DNA of 64,000 nucleotides, from NCBI GenBank assembly GCA_963693365.1, contig CAVNZM010000001.1, positions 3,364,907-3,428,906 on the forward strand. Reading direction: 5' to 3'. How positions within the stretch are numbered: the stretch's first letter is position 1; each line of letters begins with the position of its first letter. This document shows positions 14,217 through 36,388 of this stretch, piece after piece. A program made the position numbers and the translations under genes. The notes below the pieces were generated by a model that did not search any database, had not been told where the DNA came from, and saw only the letters and a program-made list of their open reading frames with translations. Source of the DNA: Amoebidium appalachense (taxonomy: Eukaryota; Protista; Ichthyosporea).

Positions 14217-16052
14217 CCCCTCCCCACCCACCCATCCACCACCACCACCACCACCACCCACGCCTCTCTTTTGCATGCCATTGTATGTCTGGTGCCACCT
14301 TTTGGTCCTTTCCCTGTCTGATCCACATCTTCAACCGTTTCTTGTTGGTGACACGGTGATCCTTAACCATATCAGTGATCGAATGAAGGCATGTTTCCTA
14401 ACTCGGTGTATCCGTCCCCTCCCCCTTCCCTCGAAACATAAAATCACGCACGCACACACCAACATGGTGGATAAATGATCAATAGCCATACTAGGCACTA
14501 ACACACACACACACACACACACACACCAACACACCAACACTATGCATGATTGATTAGTAACAATAATAACAAACCCTGTCCCTTCATAAAGGGCTGGCCG
14601 CACTGCCGACCAGACGAGCAGCGAGAAGTCACGGCACAAGGACGACCGGCAGGGTTTGAAATGGGCAGAGACCATCACCCCGGGCCCCAACTACCGCCCA
14701 GGCACCAGCAAGCAGGGCGGGGATTCGGACAGTTCTAATTTCCGGGAAATGTTTTCGTCCGGACCCCCCCAGTGGATTTTCCCGCCTGGTATGGGTGCCG
14801 TTCCGGGTCCGGTTCCCTCGGGGGGTGCAATGTATATGGTCCCTACGGGGGGGGATAATAGCGCTTGCCGGGTGTGCCATGATCCATCGTGCCCAGGGAG
14901 GGAGCCGGGAGCAGATTGCCTACGTGTCCCTCTACCTCTGGACGGGGGTAGGGGCAAAGGAAAGGGTGAGGACTGGCTGGCTAAGATGAAGAAGGCTGGC
15001 CCCGGCGGTTTGGCTGGGATGTTCCCTGGTGTGCCTCAATTCCCTGGGGTGCCTGTCGGTCCAGCTATGAAGGTGTGTGTGTGTTGGGTGTGTGGTGGTG
15101 GTGGTGGTGCGTGCGTGCGTGTGTGCGTGGTTGCAGGGGGGGGGGTGGGGGTGGGACGTTGCATGTGTTTGTGGTGTAGGATCGTGTGGTGTGCTGTTAT
15201 TGACCCCCGTTCTCTTAATCCACACATGCACCCTTCCCTCTTCCCCCCTCTTTGCAAGATGCTTTTTTCTGGACACAAGAACAGAGCCAAGCCCCACTTC
15301 ATTCTTCCCACTTCATTCTTCCCAATTAGTCCTTGATAGAAACTGAGAGAAACGGATGACACGATGTTAGGCAGCTATGTGTGTGTTTACTTTTTCTGTG
15401 TTTGTAAACTCAGTGTTTAACTCACGGAGGAACCAAAACTAATCAAGAACCTAAACAATTAGACAAGAAGAAGAGGGGGGGGGGGGGGGACGGGAGGGGG
15501 CTTTTCAGGATCCAATCAGCTTGTTGGGTTTCCCGTTTTCAATGTACTCCGTAGGGGCACACAGCGGTCCGTGTTTTACCAGATACATTCCCCAGCTCAC
15601 AATCCAAGCCACTCACACATCCAAACCTTTTCCTTCGTTCCTTCAATCCGTTCCCCCGCCCTCTTCTATTCTCTTCCGTTCTTTCCCGCACACACACACG
15701 CAAGCGCACATGCACACACACCATACACCCGCACACACACACACACACACACACTTGCAATTTCACACACACACTTGCAATTTCACACACAAATACACGA
15801 CAGGTGGACATGCCAGGCCCTGATGGTCGAACCCAGCCAATGATTGCCGTGCCTGTTGCAGTCCCTGCCGGCACCCCCATCCCCCCCGGAATGCGGCCCC
15901 CACCCGGATTTCCATTCCACCACCCACACATGACCCTCTCTGGAAGGGGCAAGGGGAAGAACAAGGGCAGGGGGGGTAGGGCCTCACGTGAAGAGCATGC
16001 GGAGAGTGAGGGGGAGAGGGTTAGTGGGCAGGAGGAGGGGGAGGAGGAGTGA
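9441..16052 (+). CDS. Gene B: DUF6729-like domain protein (probably transposon-derived) with Pro/Gly-rich regions, a coiled coil and two Cys4 motifs; one apparent 1-nt frameshift
   Basis: Exons 9441-11024 (frameshift at G5 run 10859-10863), 12141-12285, 13157-13753, 14592-15072, 15804-16052 (TGA); phases 1/2/2/0 all match. The motif series FYLPRVLLWLP..YCPKC..ARRVVALDHCYYVMTRKYECDKC..DPNLVAQFP..FPAVINVRGGLDRSV..FSTFNDPAGYAGCCPS-VEYLR matches my recollection of the DUF6729 family. No HMM search was run. Confidence 0.75.
11841..12085. repeat. Intronic minisatellite: CACATCT(GC/CT)CTCCACGTAC motif interspersed with (CA)n, ~5 copies
   Basis: Motif visible at ~11841, 11931, 11975, 12024 and 12070, inside intron 1 of gene B. 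Confidence 0.8.
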
Positions 16053-16109
16053 GAAGGCTTGAAGTAGTCTGTGTGGTGGATTTTTTTATTTTTATTTTTA
16101 TTTATTTAT

Positions 16110-16153
<44 letters not shown>

Positions 16154-16464
16154 GTATCCGATTAGATGAGTTTCCTGCGTTTCTGGTGTTCAGAACTCGG
16201 TTATTCATTGGTGTGGCTTAGTTTTTGTCGTTTTTTTTTTTTTTGGGCGCAAAGTGCCCTTGGCCGATTGCCTTGAGAGGCACCACGGTAGCTGGGCAGA
16301 TGATCTTGTTGTGTACACGGTACATACTTGTGGTTGGCATAGACAGCGTGCTTTTGGTGGTTTGGTTTGATTGTAATGCAGAAAACTGTCTTGTGTGCGC
16401 ATGACATAGTGTGTGTGTGTGAGTGTGTGCGAGCGCGTGGGTTGTGTTTGCCGCCTGGCCCGGG

Positions 16465-16506
<42 letters not shown>

Positions 16507-16858
16507 CTTAAATTCATACCGCCTACAGGGGGCTCGGGGGGAGGGATGACTGCAAATTTGTATGTATGTGTGTGTGAGTCCACAACATTTTTAGCCCGGT
16601 AATTATGACTGGTGTGATATCATAATGTGCCGTGCACATGAAGTGAAGCAGGAACACGCACATGAATAATTGTCTTTGGCACCATACCATTTCGTCTCTG
16701 TGATGCTTTACACGTGTCAATTATGGTGTCGAGTGTAATTATGGCAATTTGAGGTATTATCACAGTGGGATCCTCTGCAAAATGATATCCACGAAATAGG
16801 TGCATTCGAATACGTGCGGTGAAAGCATAATTACAATGTGTGGATTGTGATCCCCCCC

Positions 16859-16893
<35 letters not shown>

Positions 16894-16939
16894 CATAAAG
16901 ACACACATATGTGCACACACAGACACACACTGTAATATA

Positions 16940-18350
16940 GCCTTGGAGACTAATGTATTACAGTAAGCACACGGATTTTAACATGCCCATGTCATGGCAG
17001 ACAATTGCCCTAGGAGTTGCAACACTTCACCGGTTGATGTTCAAAACATCAGAAAGTTTGGTCAATAACGATTCAATTATTTTACTAAGTTACTTGTAAT
17101 ACCGGCATGGGACGACGTTTGTATTTTCGGCAGCCCCCTCCCTCGCCCAATCGAATACAAGTATTTGGGGATTCCGGTGGACGAATGGGGCATATGTTTC
17201 AAACGGATGATCGACCGTCGGGTGGAGAGTGCAGGCAGGTGTCTTCGGTTATTTCGGGATGTGTATCTTGCTACTCTTTCTCATACTGTCCACCTATACA
17301 ATCGTCTTAGTATATTTCGCACATATATTCGCCCTTTGTCGGAATACGGGTTGCCCTTACTAGCTATGGCACCCCCTGATACTGTTACTAATGTCCTCAA
17401 ATCATTAGATGATTTCCATTACACAACTTGTTGTATTTTCTCACTGGTCTTTCCACACCTATCCGGATCCCTAGACGCCTTTTTGATTCTCTCTACGCAC
17501 TCACACCACCATCACAACGCGTACACGAATTAGCCCTTAAATTTCACGAGCACATCACCCGCCTGTCCGCTTGTGCCCCGGACCACCCGCTCTTCCGGCT
17601 ACACGCATCCCCGCCGGATTCGCCCCTCTACCTCTTCCCTTCCCCATCGTCTCTGCCCATTGCCGAGCGCTATGTGGAATGGCTGGCGACCCCCCCCGGA
17701 GGTACGGCTAGATCATAGTGTGAATATGAATAGTTTCAAGTCTATGGCTGATAGATATCTTTTTACTCTACGTGTTGAGTCCCTTCCGGTGTTAGGACCG
17801 CAAAAACACCAACTACTAGTAGCCTATATGGCGGATACGGTTAGAGAGTCTCGTTCATACATAGATTCGTTTATTCGTAATGTGGTGTGGTGTAAAAACG
17901 CAAAGATGATTATGGCTTGGCGGTGTAATCGGTTTCTGGTGTCTCCTGCTCGTATGTGTAATATGTGTGGGGGGCGGTTTACTCGCGGCTGCATATCTAT
18001 CAATAAATGCAACCTGTTAGCTAATGTATTAGAACCGGAGGTTATTGGCGGTTTTATTCTCTTTTCTTCCTCTCTTCCTCAATATATCCGTTTTAAGATG
18101 ACTATCCTAGATCACCTTATTAATGCTGCACAGTATGATATTGTGATCCGGTGCCTTAACTTTCTTTCGGAGCTACCGATGCTAGCATCTGCTTACCCAT
18201 AATATGTAATAGGGGTGTCAGATACTACGATGGCGCTCATTGTTGCCTAGCATGTACATATGTCACTGGCTGCATTTGATTGGCTGTGCTGGAAAACGCA
18301 GTAGGCCGTCGAATGTGGCTGGGCCTCCGGTAATGTCCACGCAATAAAAA
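16940..18350 (+). mobile_element. Degraded, 5'-truncated non-LTR retrotransposon (LINE): RT C-terminal part, thumb and Cys-rich C-terminus
   Basis: Degenerate xADD-like MAD(x)IALG at ~16994; TKLLVI..IFGSPLP..EYKYLG (YKYLG 17156-17170); thumb motif RLSIFRTYIRPLSEYG; frameshifts near 17430 and 17700; C-terminal CNMC..FTRGC..C; TAA at 18202; AATAAA near 18343. Boundaries are approximate. Confidence 0.8.
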
Positions 18351-18710
18351 GTGTGTAAACCCCACCTATGATAACCGATTCAAGATGTTCAGCCCCATGA
18401 TCACTCAATTGCAAATCTTAAAGGGGGTTTCTTTAAGGTATCCGGGTCGGGTCCGACCCGAATAGGATATATGCAATATCATTGGCTTGATGCGCATCAA
18501 ACAGTGCTAGCATTTGGCCCGACCCGAGGTCCGAAAAGTGGTGACGCCTAAAAGAGGCCTTTAAATTATTAAAGAGAACTGAAGTAAGGATATTGTACAT
18601 GTCAAATATAGGCAATAACCAATCCATGCATTCAGGTGGACACCATTGATTTGCTGAGAGGTGACATGCATATGTACACCGTCACTGTGATGTCAGACAT
18701 ACATCCTTCA

Positions 18711-18752
18711 TGGTATATTGTACGGTATATTGTTATCCCCGGTATATTGTTA

Positions 18753-18756
<4 letters not shown>
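18711..18756. repeat. Short tandem repeat GGTATATTGTTA(TCCCC) x3
   Basis: Three copies are directly visible. Confidence 0.8.
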
Positions 18757-18784
<28 letters not shown>

Positions 18785-19212
18785 TGAAGAGCTCTCCCCG
18801 CCGCTGAGTCCCGTTTAAGCTCTCACCCGATGAAGTTCCCGCCGTCGCCCCCGCCTTGCACTGTGCGATTCCACACACACGCACACACATGTACACACAC
18901 ACACACATACACACACGCAGGCACGCACACGTGCACTCACACATGCACACATGCAGACACGCGAGCACACACGCACACACGCACACACACATACACACAC
19001 ACACACAACACGCACACACACGCGCGCACGTGCGCGCGCGCGCGCAAAAACACATGCACACGCACTTACACACATGCACACATTCACACACACACACACG
19101 CACACGCACACGCACACACACACACACACACCCACACACAAACTTTATTTTATACACACACCCGCACAAACACATACACCACACGCACTCACGCATAACG
19201 TTCACCACCTAT

Positions 19213-19254
<42 letters not shown>

Positions 19255-19312
19255 TTCCTACCCCCAGCTCTACACGAGCACACACTAAAAGAAAAAAATT
19301 GAAGACAACTAA

Positions 19313-19346
<34 letters not shown>

Positions 19347-19599
19347 CCGGTGTCATATATGACCACGTGCACGGTGCACACAGGCAGTCACACACGTTGA
19401 ACCCCAGCTTACTGACGAAGACCGTAGCTCTGCAACTTTACAGGTTACACTCAAGGTGCACACACCCGACATATGCAATCGCATGCACAACTACGTTACA
19501 CTTAAATAATTAAGTAAAGCACATTTCAACAGTAAATAGCAAGACTCAGCGGCTCCCCACCCCACAGCACAACACCTGATGCACACGAACCATACACTA

Positions 19600-19826
19600 G
19601 CAATGTGCCCCTTCCCTTCCTCCCCTCCCTCCCCCCCCCCCCTCCCCTCCCAAATGAAACACACACACACACCTACCGTGGCACCCACCATGACCGTACA
19701 CGTAACATTGTACCCCTTCCCTTCCTCCCCCCCTCCCCCCCCCCCCCCCCCCCTCCCTCCCAAATGAAACACACACACACACACCTACCGTGGCACCCAC
19801 CATGACCATACACCTAACAATGTGCC

Positions 19827-19858
<32 letters not shown>

Positions 19859-19880
19859 TGCCCAGTGGCGCCCACCCACG
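19600..19880. repeat. Imperfect ~110-bp tandem duplication (CTCCCAAATGAAAC(AC)nCTACCGTGGCACCCACCATGACC), 2-3 copies
   Basis: Unit at ~19645-19700 and ~19757-19812, with a partial third copy near 19860. Confidence 0.7.
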
Positions 19881-20716
19881 CACCAACACGACACCCACGT
19901 GGCAAGTGTACACATAACATGGTACATGCCTCGTGGTGCACGTGTGTGCCATAGTGACGTGTAAGCAACTTGCATTTCACAAAACATGCAATTGCAACAG
20001 ACGTGAGGATTCGTGCACATGTGTTTTTATGTTTTGCATACTTGGTCCCACTGAGACCAAAAGCATCATTTGATTTGTGTATCACAGTAGACGCTGCTCC
20101 CTTTGTGTAAGTAAAAGGGCGTAAAAGATCTAGGTTCACTTGGAAGCACTTGAACATATGCATGTATTCACAGAGCATATATCGTGGTTACATACACTAT
20201 GTAAGCAATCCAGACCCGAATTCAATTTCTGTGGACAAAGTCGGGAAAGGTGAAACAACCCAAATCCCCCCCCTCCCCCGGGAGAAAAAGAAAGCGCCAA
20301 AAGCATGTCCTAGAAGTGTTACCATTTCGATTCTTCGACAAAACAGCATAAACAGCAAAAAACTGGTAGGGAGAGTAGAAAATCAATCCCTCTCTGGTTA
20401 GTTCATTGGTACCCAGATAATCTAATGATTAAAAAGCTGATCTCTGCCAAAACTGTAAAAACGAAACCTATGTCCGGGAGATTCATGATATTTCGGTATT
20501 CCCTCCAATCCAATCCCCTCTCACGACAGTCCGTATGCGCATTTTCATTCTAATTATCACGAACTACAAGGTCAAACTTTCGGTGCATGCTTATGTACAA
20601 AGTTTGTTCATTCCCTTCACACATCAGTGTATCAACACCCGCACAAAAGAAAAACACACACGTGCGCGCACAGGCGCACACACTCACAAACACGCGTGCA
20701 CGCGTGCATACACACA

Positions 20717-20751
<35 letters not shown>

Positions 20752-20886
20752 AAACGCACACCTGGACATATTTGACACCACACAACGAGGGGTTGAATGG
20801 TGAGTTTGTGGGTGGGTGGTGTATGTGTGTAAGGGGTTGACTGGGGAGTGTGTGCGTGTGCGTGTGAGTGGGTGGGTGGGGAGTGA

Positions 20887-20921
<35 letters not shown>

Positions 20922-21057
20922 CGGCAATGCAGGCAGAGAAAAAGACAAGCAGAGAAACCAGGAGAGAACTCATTAAGTTACGTTACCCATCACACATAAC
21001 TCGATCCATGCCAAGATAATACTCTAGAATTCCATTCCGAAGCCCCAATACCCAATC

Positions 21058-31351
<10,294 letters not shown>

Positions 31352-31429
31352 CTGTGTGTGTGTGTGTGTGTTAAGGAAGGGGAGGGGCAGGGAGAGGGGG
31401 GGGGGGGTGGGGGGGTGGGGGGGTGGGGG

Positions 31430-31562
31430 GTGGAATGCAGAACACTCTACGAAGTACAGCGACACAATGAGAAACACGGTGCAGGACACATGTAAAGGCA
31501 AATACTCATGCAACATCACCAACAAGCGCAGTATGCAACATAAGCAGAACCCATCCTCCGGT
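31430..31562 (+). repeat. Copy of the same dispersed repeat family
   Basis: GGTGCAGGACACATGTAAAGGCAAATA...GCAACATCA...CATAAGCAGAACCCATCCTC is closely the reverse complement of 43430-43565. Confidence 0.75.
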
Positions 31563-32108
31563 GGGAGGGGGGAGGGGGGGGAGGGGGGAGGGGGGGAGGG
31601 GAGGGGGGAGGGGGAGGGGGGGGAGGGGAGCAGGAACGACGGTGGGAGGGAGGGGAGTGGGAGGGAGGGGGAGCTGTGAAAGAGAGCGAGGAAGTGGGGA
31701 AGGCGGAAGGGATGGAAGGAGGTAATGAGTGTATGTGTGTTGGGGGGGGTTGAGGGGGGGAAGGTTGATGAATTGGAGGCCCGAAAAGAAAAACGGGGAG
31801 GGGCCCCGGGGGGGGGGGGGGGGGGGGGAGGGGGGGGGGGGAAGTGGCTTTGCAGGCTCGGGAACGTCGGGAGCGAGAGGGAAGGAAGTGTGGCGGCCGA
31901 TTCATTAAAGAAGGGATTAATTCGAGTTTGGGAGGAGGTGCAGGTGTGGTGGTGTGGTGGTGGTGGTCTGTGTGTTTGTGGTGTGTGTGTGTGCAGGGGA
32001 GGAGGGGGTGGGGGAGGAGGAGAGGGGGGGGGGGGGGGGGAAGGGGGGAACGGGGGTGTGGGGCAGGGGGTCGGGGTGGGGGGAGGGGTGGGGGTAGGGG
32101 GTGGGGGT

Positions 32109-32142
<34 letters not shown>

Positions 32143-32467
32143 CGGGGAAAAAAGGGGGGGGCGCATGGGGTTCGATCTAACCACGAACAGGTGGAGGGGT
32201 GTATATGGACGAAACTGAAACCGTGTGTGAACGAGCTGGAGTCTGGTGGTAGGGTCAGGGCGTGAGGATCGTATCAGTCACGTTCGGTTGGTGAACTGCC
32301 AGGGATGCTGGGATACAGGGGAAGATGGGGGACGGAGCATATCAAGAAACATAACACACATGCACTTGCGCACAAGCAAGGGCACTGATGCGCAAATCAG
32401 ACTTGCAGTTGGGAAAAGACTATGAATCCCGTACAGCCCCCCCTCCCATCCCCCCTGCGCGCACACA

Positions 32468-32560
<93 letters not shown>

Positions 32561-32919
32561 TGTGCGCGCGTGTGTGTGTGTGTGCGTGTCTGTGTCATGA
32601 CGTGTGTGCTGGAAAAATGTGTGTATGTGCGTGTTTGTCTTGAAAAGAGGGGGAGGGGGAGAAACCAATTGTTGAGGTAGGAGCGCGGTAGGTTGGTGGC
32701 CTATTCGAAAGTGTGCACGCATCTGCTCGTGTATGCATACACACAGGTGTATGTGTGTGCGCGGGTGTGCCCGACTTCAAAGGGCCAGCGAAAAAAAAGA
32801 AGCTAGGAAATTCTGCTTAGAAATAGAAGTGTGAGCAACGGGGTTTTCCAGACATAACCATAGGTGGAAATACCTACCTAATAACCTTGGCACCATCTTT
32901 CGCTATCTGCTCATGGCCC

Positions 32920-33013
32920 GTTATCGATTAGCTCCCAGTTGTGGTATCTGGCTCCTGGATCCGGTAGTTATCGATTAGCTCCCAGTTGTGGTATCTGGCT
33001 CCTGGATCCGGTA
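32920..33013. repeat. Perfect 47-bp tandem duplication
   Basis: GTTATCGATTAGCTCCCAGTTGTGGTATCTGGCTCCTGGATCCGGTA at 32920-32966 and 32967-33013. Confidence 0.9.
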
Positions 33014-33537
33014 GATCTAAGATGCAAGAACAAGTTTCTCAGCCAAGTTTTGAATGCATGTTCCGCCGAGTGACAGGTATGGATTGTTGGGTGTATAGTA
33101 GAAGAGCTGACTTTTACAAATGGTATTAGAAGATCTTTGAAATCATCCGTGTGGAGCGGCCAACTTGGCACACCATGTAATTTGAGTATGTATTCGGTTC
33201 ACGTTGCAGTGGTTGTCTCGTGAGGCTAGCAGCCATATACAGATAAAGCGCGCTCCTCTTACTACCTACTTATAGGCTTGGTAACAATGTTTACCTCTAA
33301 AATCCAACCATTGAGATGGGGGCCCTAACAGCAAGGCCAAAAAAAACTAAGAAAAAACACTAAAAAGCAAAAAGAACGGTGTGTGTGATCGAGATTCACG
33401 TGTGCCGGTGAGATTATAACGGCCACACAACAACAACCAATCAAATCGAACCTTTGATTTAGAGCAAGCTGTTTGCGCACTGAATGAAGAGCGCTGCACA
33501 ATCACATACTACAGCTCTGAGACTGAGCAGTGGACTC

Positions 33538-33912
33538 GTTTCTTGGGAATGGGGAGGTTGAGGCAGGCCAAGTCTGCCTTGACACCCTTCTCTTTGGAAA
33601 TGGGGAGGGCTCGAGGCAGGCCAACCTGTTTTGATCCCCGGGGAGGGCTTCAGGCAGGCTAAGCCTGTCTGGACACCTCTCTTCTGAAAAACGGGGATCG
33701 GTCGGGCAGGGTAAACCTGCTTTACCTTTCTTCTCTTGGGAATGGGGTGGCCAAGACAGGCTAAATCTGTCTTGACGCCTTTTCCCTTGATTTACTGAGG
33801 CAGGCAGGCCAACCTGTCTGGATCCCGGGGGAGGGCTCGAGGCAGGCTAAGCCTGTCTTGGCACCTCTCCTTACAGAGGGGTCGAGCAGGCTACCCCTGT
33901 CTTGACCCTTCC
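33538..33912. repeat. Degenerate tandem array, ~35-55-bp units (GGCAGGC(C/T)AA(C/G)CCTGTC(T/TG)GA core), ~8 units
   Basis: Core recurs at ~33562, 33615, 33653, 33705, 33757, 33803, 33841 and 33886. Confidence 0.7.
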
Positions 33913-34407
33913 TCCGTTGACGAGGGTTTGAGGAAGGTGCTCCGTTTTGTGGGCTTTGCTTGTCAAGCATCAAGAACTTTCTCTGACGGCTGCCTTTAGG
34001 GGCATGTTGGAGAATATCGCCACAAGCAATCTCTCAATCACCCACTCAAACCCAACCCAGCCTTCGGTGTCGTCGAAAAGGAAGTTGAAGGCCTTGGGCC
34101 GCAATGTTTGGGGTTCACTGCTCGATACGTCCCCCACTTTTTTACGAAAATGCTGGCTGTGGTTGGGGGAGAGTTTTTTCCGTCGCTTCTGTTTTTATGG
34201 AAAATGTTTATCGTCTACTGATTTATGGTTTGACCCAAACGTCTTTTAACTCGCCGACTTGTTCAATGAGACAACGCTGAAGTAACACAAGCAACTATGT
34301 CAAAGAGGTAAGTGGCTTTTGTGCACGTGGCCTGTCGTAGTTCAGAGTCCGTCTAGGTCTGCCAGCACTGTTTGTTTTTTGCCTTTCGGGTCACTTTGAA
34401 ACAGAAC

Positions 34408-34612
34408 AGACAACGTTGCTGTTTTACGTAACTGATCTCCTTCGCCTTTGTTTAAAGAGATGCATTTTTTCGGTTGTGTGTGCATCACTTAGTCACATTG
34501 TGATCTTGCTACTTTAAACAGGACAACGTTGCTGTTTTACGTAACTGTTCTCGTTGGTTTTTGTCCGAACTTTCTTAAGTTATGTGTGTATCACTTAGTC
34601 ACATGTGGTCTC
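34408..34612. repeat. Imperfect ~110-bp tandem duplication
   Basis: GACAACGTTGCTGTTTTACGTAACTG at ~34409 and ~34522; TGTG(C/T)ATCACTTAGTCACAT at ~34478 and ~34584. Confidence 0.7.
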
Positions 34613-34848
34613 AATATTCACATTTTTATCATTCGATTGTAGGGCGTCTGCCTGTCCACCCAATAGCTTCACACACACATACAGCATGTCCCCCCCCGTT
34701 CGCCTATCAGCTTCCATCTCCACCCCAACCACACACACACACACACACACACTTACATAGGATCGTGCTCAGGCCAGCCTACTTCAGTTGGGTGCCATCG
34801 TGTTGTATGCAGCTTGTGCGCTTCGAGTGGCTGGTAAATCCTCCTCCC

Positions 34849-34889
<41 letters not shown>

Positions 34890-35849
34890 AAAAAAAAAAA
34901 GAAGAAGAAGAAGAAGAAAAGAAATCACCACCACCACATACACACACACGCGCACGCATGCACGCCTGCGCGCACGCACCACAGTAACCATCAAATCTGA
35001 TTGCTGGAATACGTTGTAACGTGTGACATTAAATCCTTAAAGGATGTGTTACTGTAGGTTGTTGTTTTGTTTGGTTGTGTCCTTTTTGCCTTCCTCTCTC
35101 TCTCTTCGAGTTTCTCTCTTTCTTTCCCCTTTTGTGTGTTCGTTCCCTCTCTTACCTTTCTCCCCCCCCCCTTTCCCCCCCCCCCCCCCTCTCTCCTCCT
35201 CCCCCTCCTCACCCACCTGCTCACCTTTATCATCTCTCTCCTCGAGTTGGTGTATCGTGTGCACAACTTCCCACCTGGTCGATGTGGATAGATCGGTGTT
35301 GTTCACCTTCAACATTTTCTGGATGTAGTTGAAGTAATCGACCACACCAGTGGTTGCATGCGAGCCATTTAGCACAGCTCGTTTGCAAATCCCGGTTTAT
35401 CAATACAAGTAATGTGGTGGGTGTAATTCTATTCCTCCACACTAGCACTTGCCTCCACACTGCAAATGTCGAATATTAGAAACATACATATGTGCACGGA
35501 TAGATTCAATTGTGATAGCACTTCGTTTCCTAGGATTTTGTGTTGTCGGATTTGATGGTGTGCATTAGCCGACGACGAGACAAGGACACGGGTTCTTCCT
35601 TGTTGTATTGTTGTACGGTTGTAATTACATAGGAGTACATATCGAAACGAACAATACCGCCTGGAATGCGCAATAAACGAACAGTCGGCTAACTTGATGC
35701 ATGTGGTCAGGTTGCTCCCCTGGTGGATTTGTTGTGCTTCACGGCCATCTAGAAAAAACACCTTGTGCTTGCATGACACTTCTGCGGATTGGGTAACGTT
35801 ACTAAAACGGTGGACCAAGCCACGTCAGAGGGCCGTGACCACCTAACGT

Positions 35850-36111
35850 CAGATTCTTGTATTTTAGAACCTCACTAATTCATGCACTCAAGGTTCTAAA
35901 ATACAAGAATCTGTGGTGTTTTGGGTGCATGAATTAGTGAGGTTCTAGAATACAAGAATCTGTGGTGTTTTGGGTGCATGAATCAGTGAGGGTCTAGAAT
36001 ACAAGAATCTGTAGTGTTATTGAGTGCTTGAATTAGTGAGGGTTTAGAATACAAGAATCTGTAGTGTTCTTGAGTGCATAAATCAGTGAGGGTCTAGAAT
36101 ACAAGAATCTG
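35850..36111. repeat. 49-50-bp minisatellite (5 core copies) preceded by one inverted copy, giving the block inverted ends
   Basis: TACAAGAATCTG core at 35902, 35951, 36000, 36050 and 36100; reverse-complement copy CAGATTCTTGTATTTTAGAACCTCACTAATTCATGCACTCAA at 35850-35891. Confidence 0.9.
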
Positions 36112-36140
36112 GGGTGAAGTCCATCTACCTCGGCCGTGAC

Positions 36141-36319
36141 CCTACCACCTACTGAGGCGGTGTCTCCTTTCTTTTTTTTTTTTTTTTTTTTACTTAAAAG
36201 GGACGCCTGAGTAGATGTTAAAACGTCGCACGTGCGGCAACACGTCAGTACGTGTTAGGCCGTGACCAAGCCTAACACGTACTGACGTGTTGCCGCACGT
36301 GCGACGTTTTAACATGTCC

Positions 36320-36363
<44 letters not shown>

Positions 36364-36388
36364 AGACACCGCCTCAGTAGGTGGTAGG
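36141..36388. mobile_element. Foldback/MITE-like element: near-complete 248-bp palindrome flanked by a 3-bp direct repeat GAC
   Basis: Outer 28-bp perfect inverted repeat CCTACCACCTACTGAGGCGGTGTCTCCT / AGGAGACACCGCCTCAGTAGGTGGTAGG; poly-T vs poly-A; inner 46-bp perfect arms 36215-36260 / 36270-36315; 9-nt loop; GAC at 36138-40 and 36389-91. The palindrome is certain; mobility is inferred. Confidence 0.75.

Noticed and set aside
18433-18627. Short minus-strand ORF next to the LINE
   Set aside because: No diagnostic motif; it may be another TE fragment but this is unsupported.
32282-32340. Candidate first exon of gene C (MLRPPSSPVSQHPWQFTNR)
   Set aside because: It ends in phase 2, whereas exon 31351 needs phase 1, and no bridging exon was confidently found.
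35229-35460. Exon-like minus-strand fragment (…GVVDYFNYIQKMLKVNN…)
   Set aside because: No consistent acceptor or neighbouring exons.
35892-36111. CRISPR-like array
   Set aside because: The inter-core sequences are near-identical rather than unique spacers, there are no cas genes, and the context is eukaryotic.
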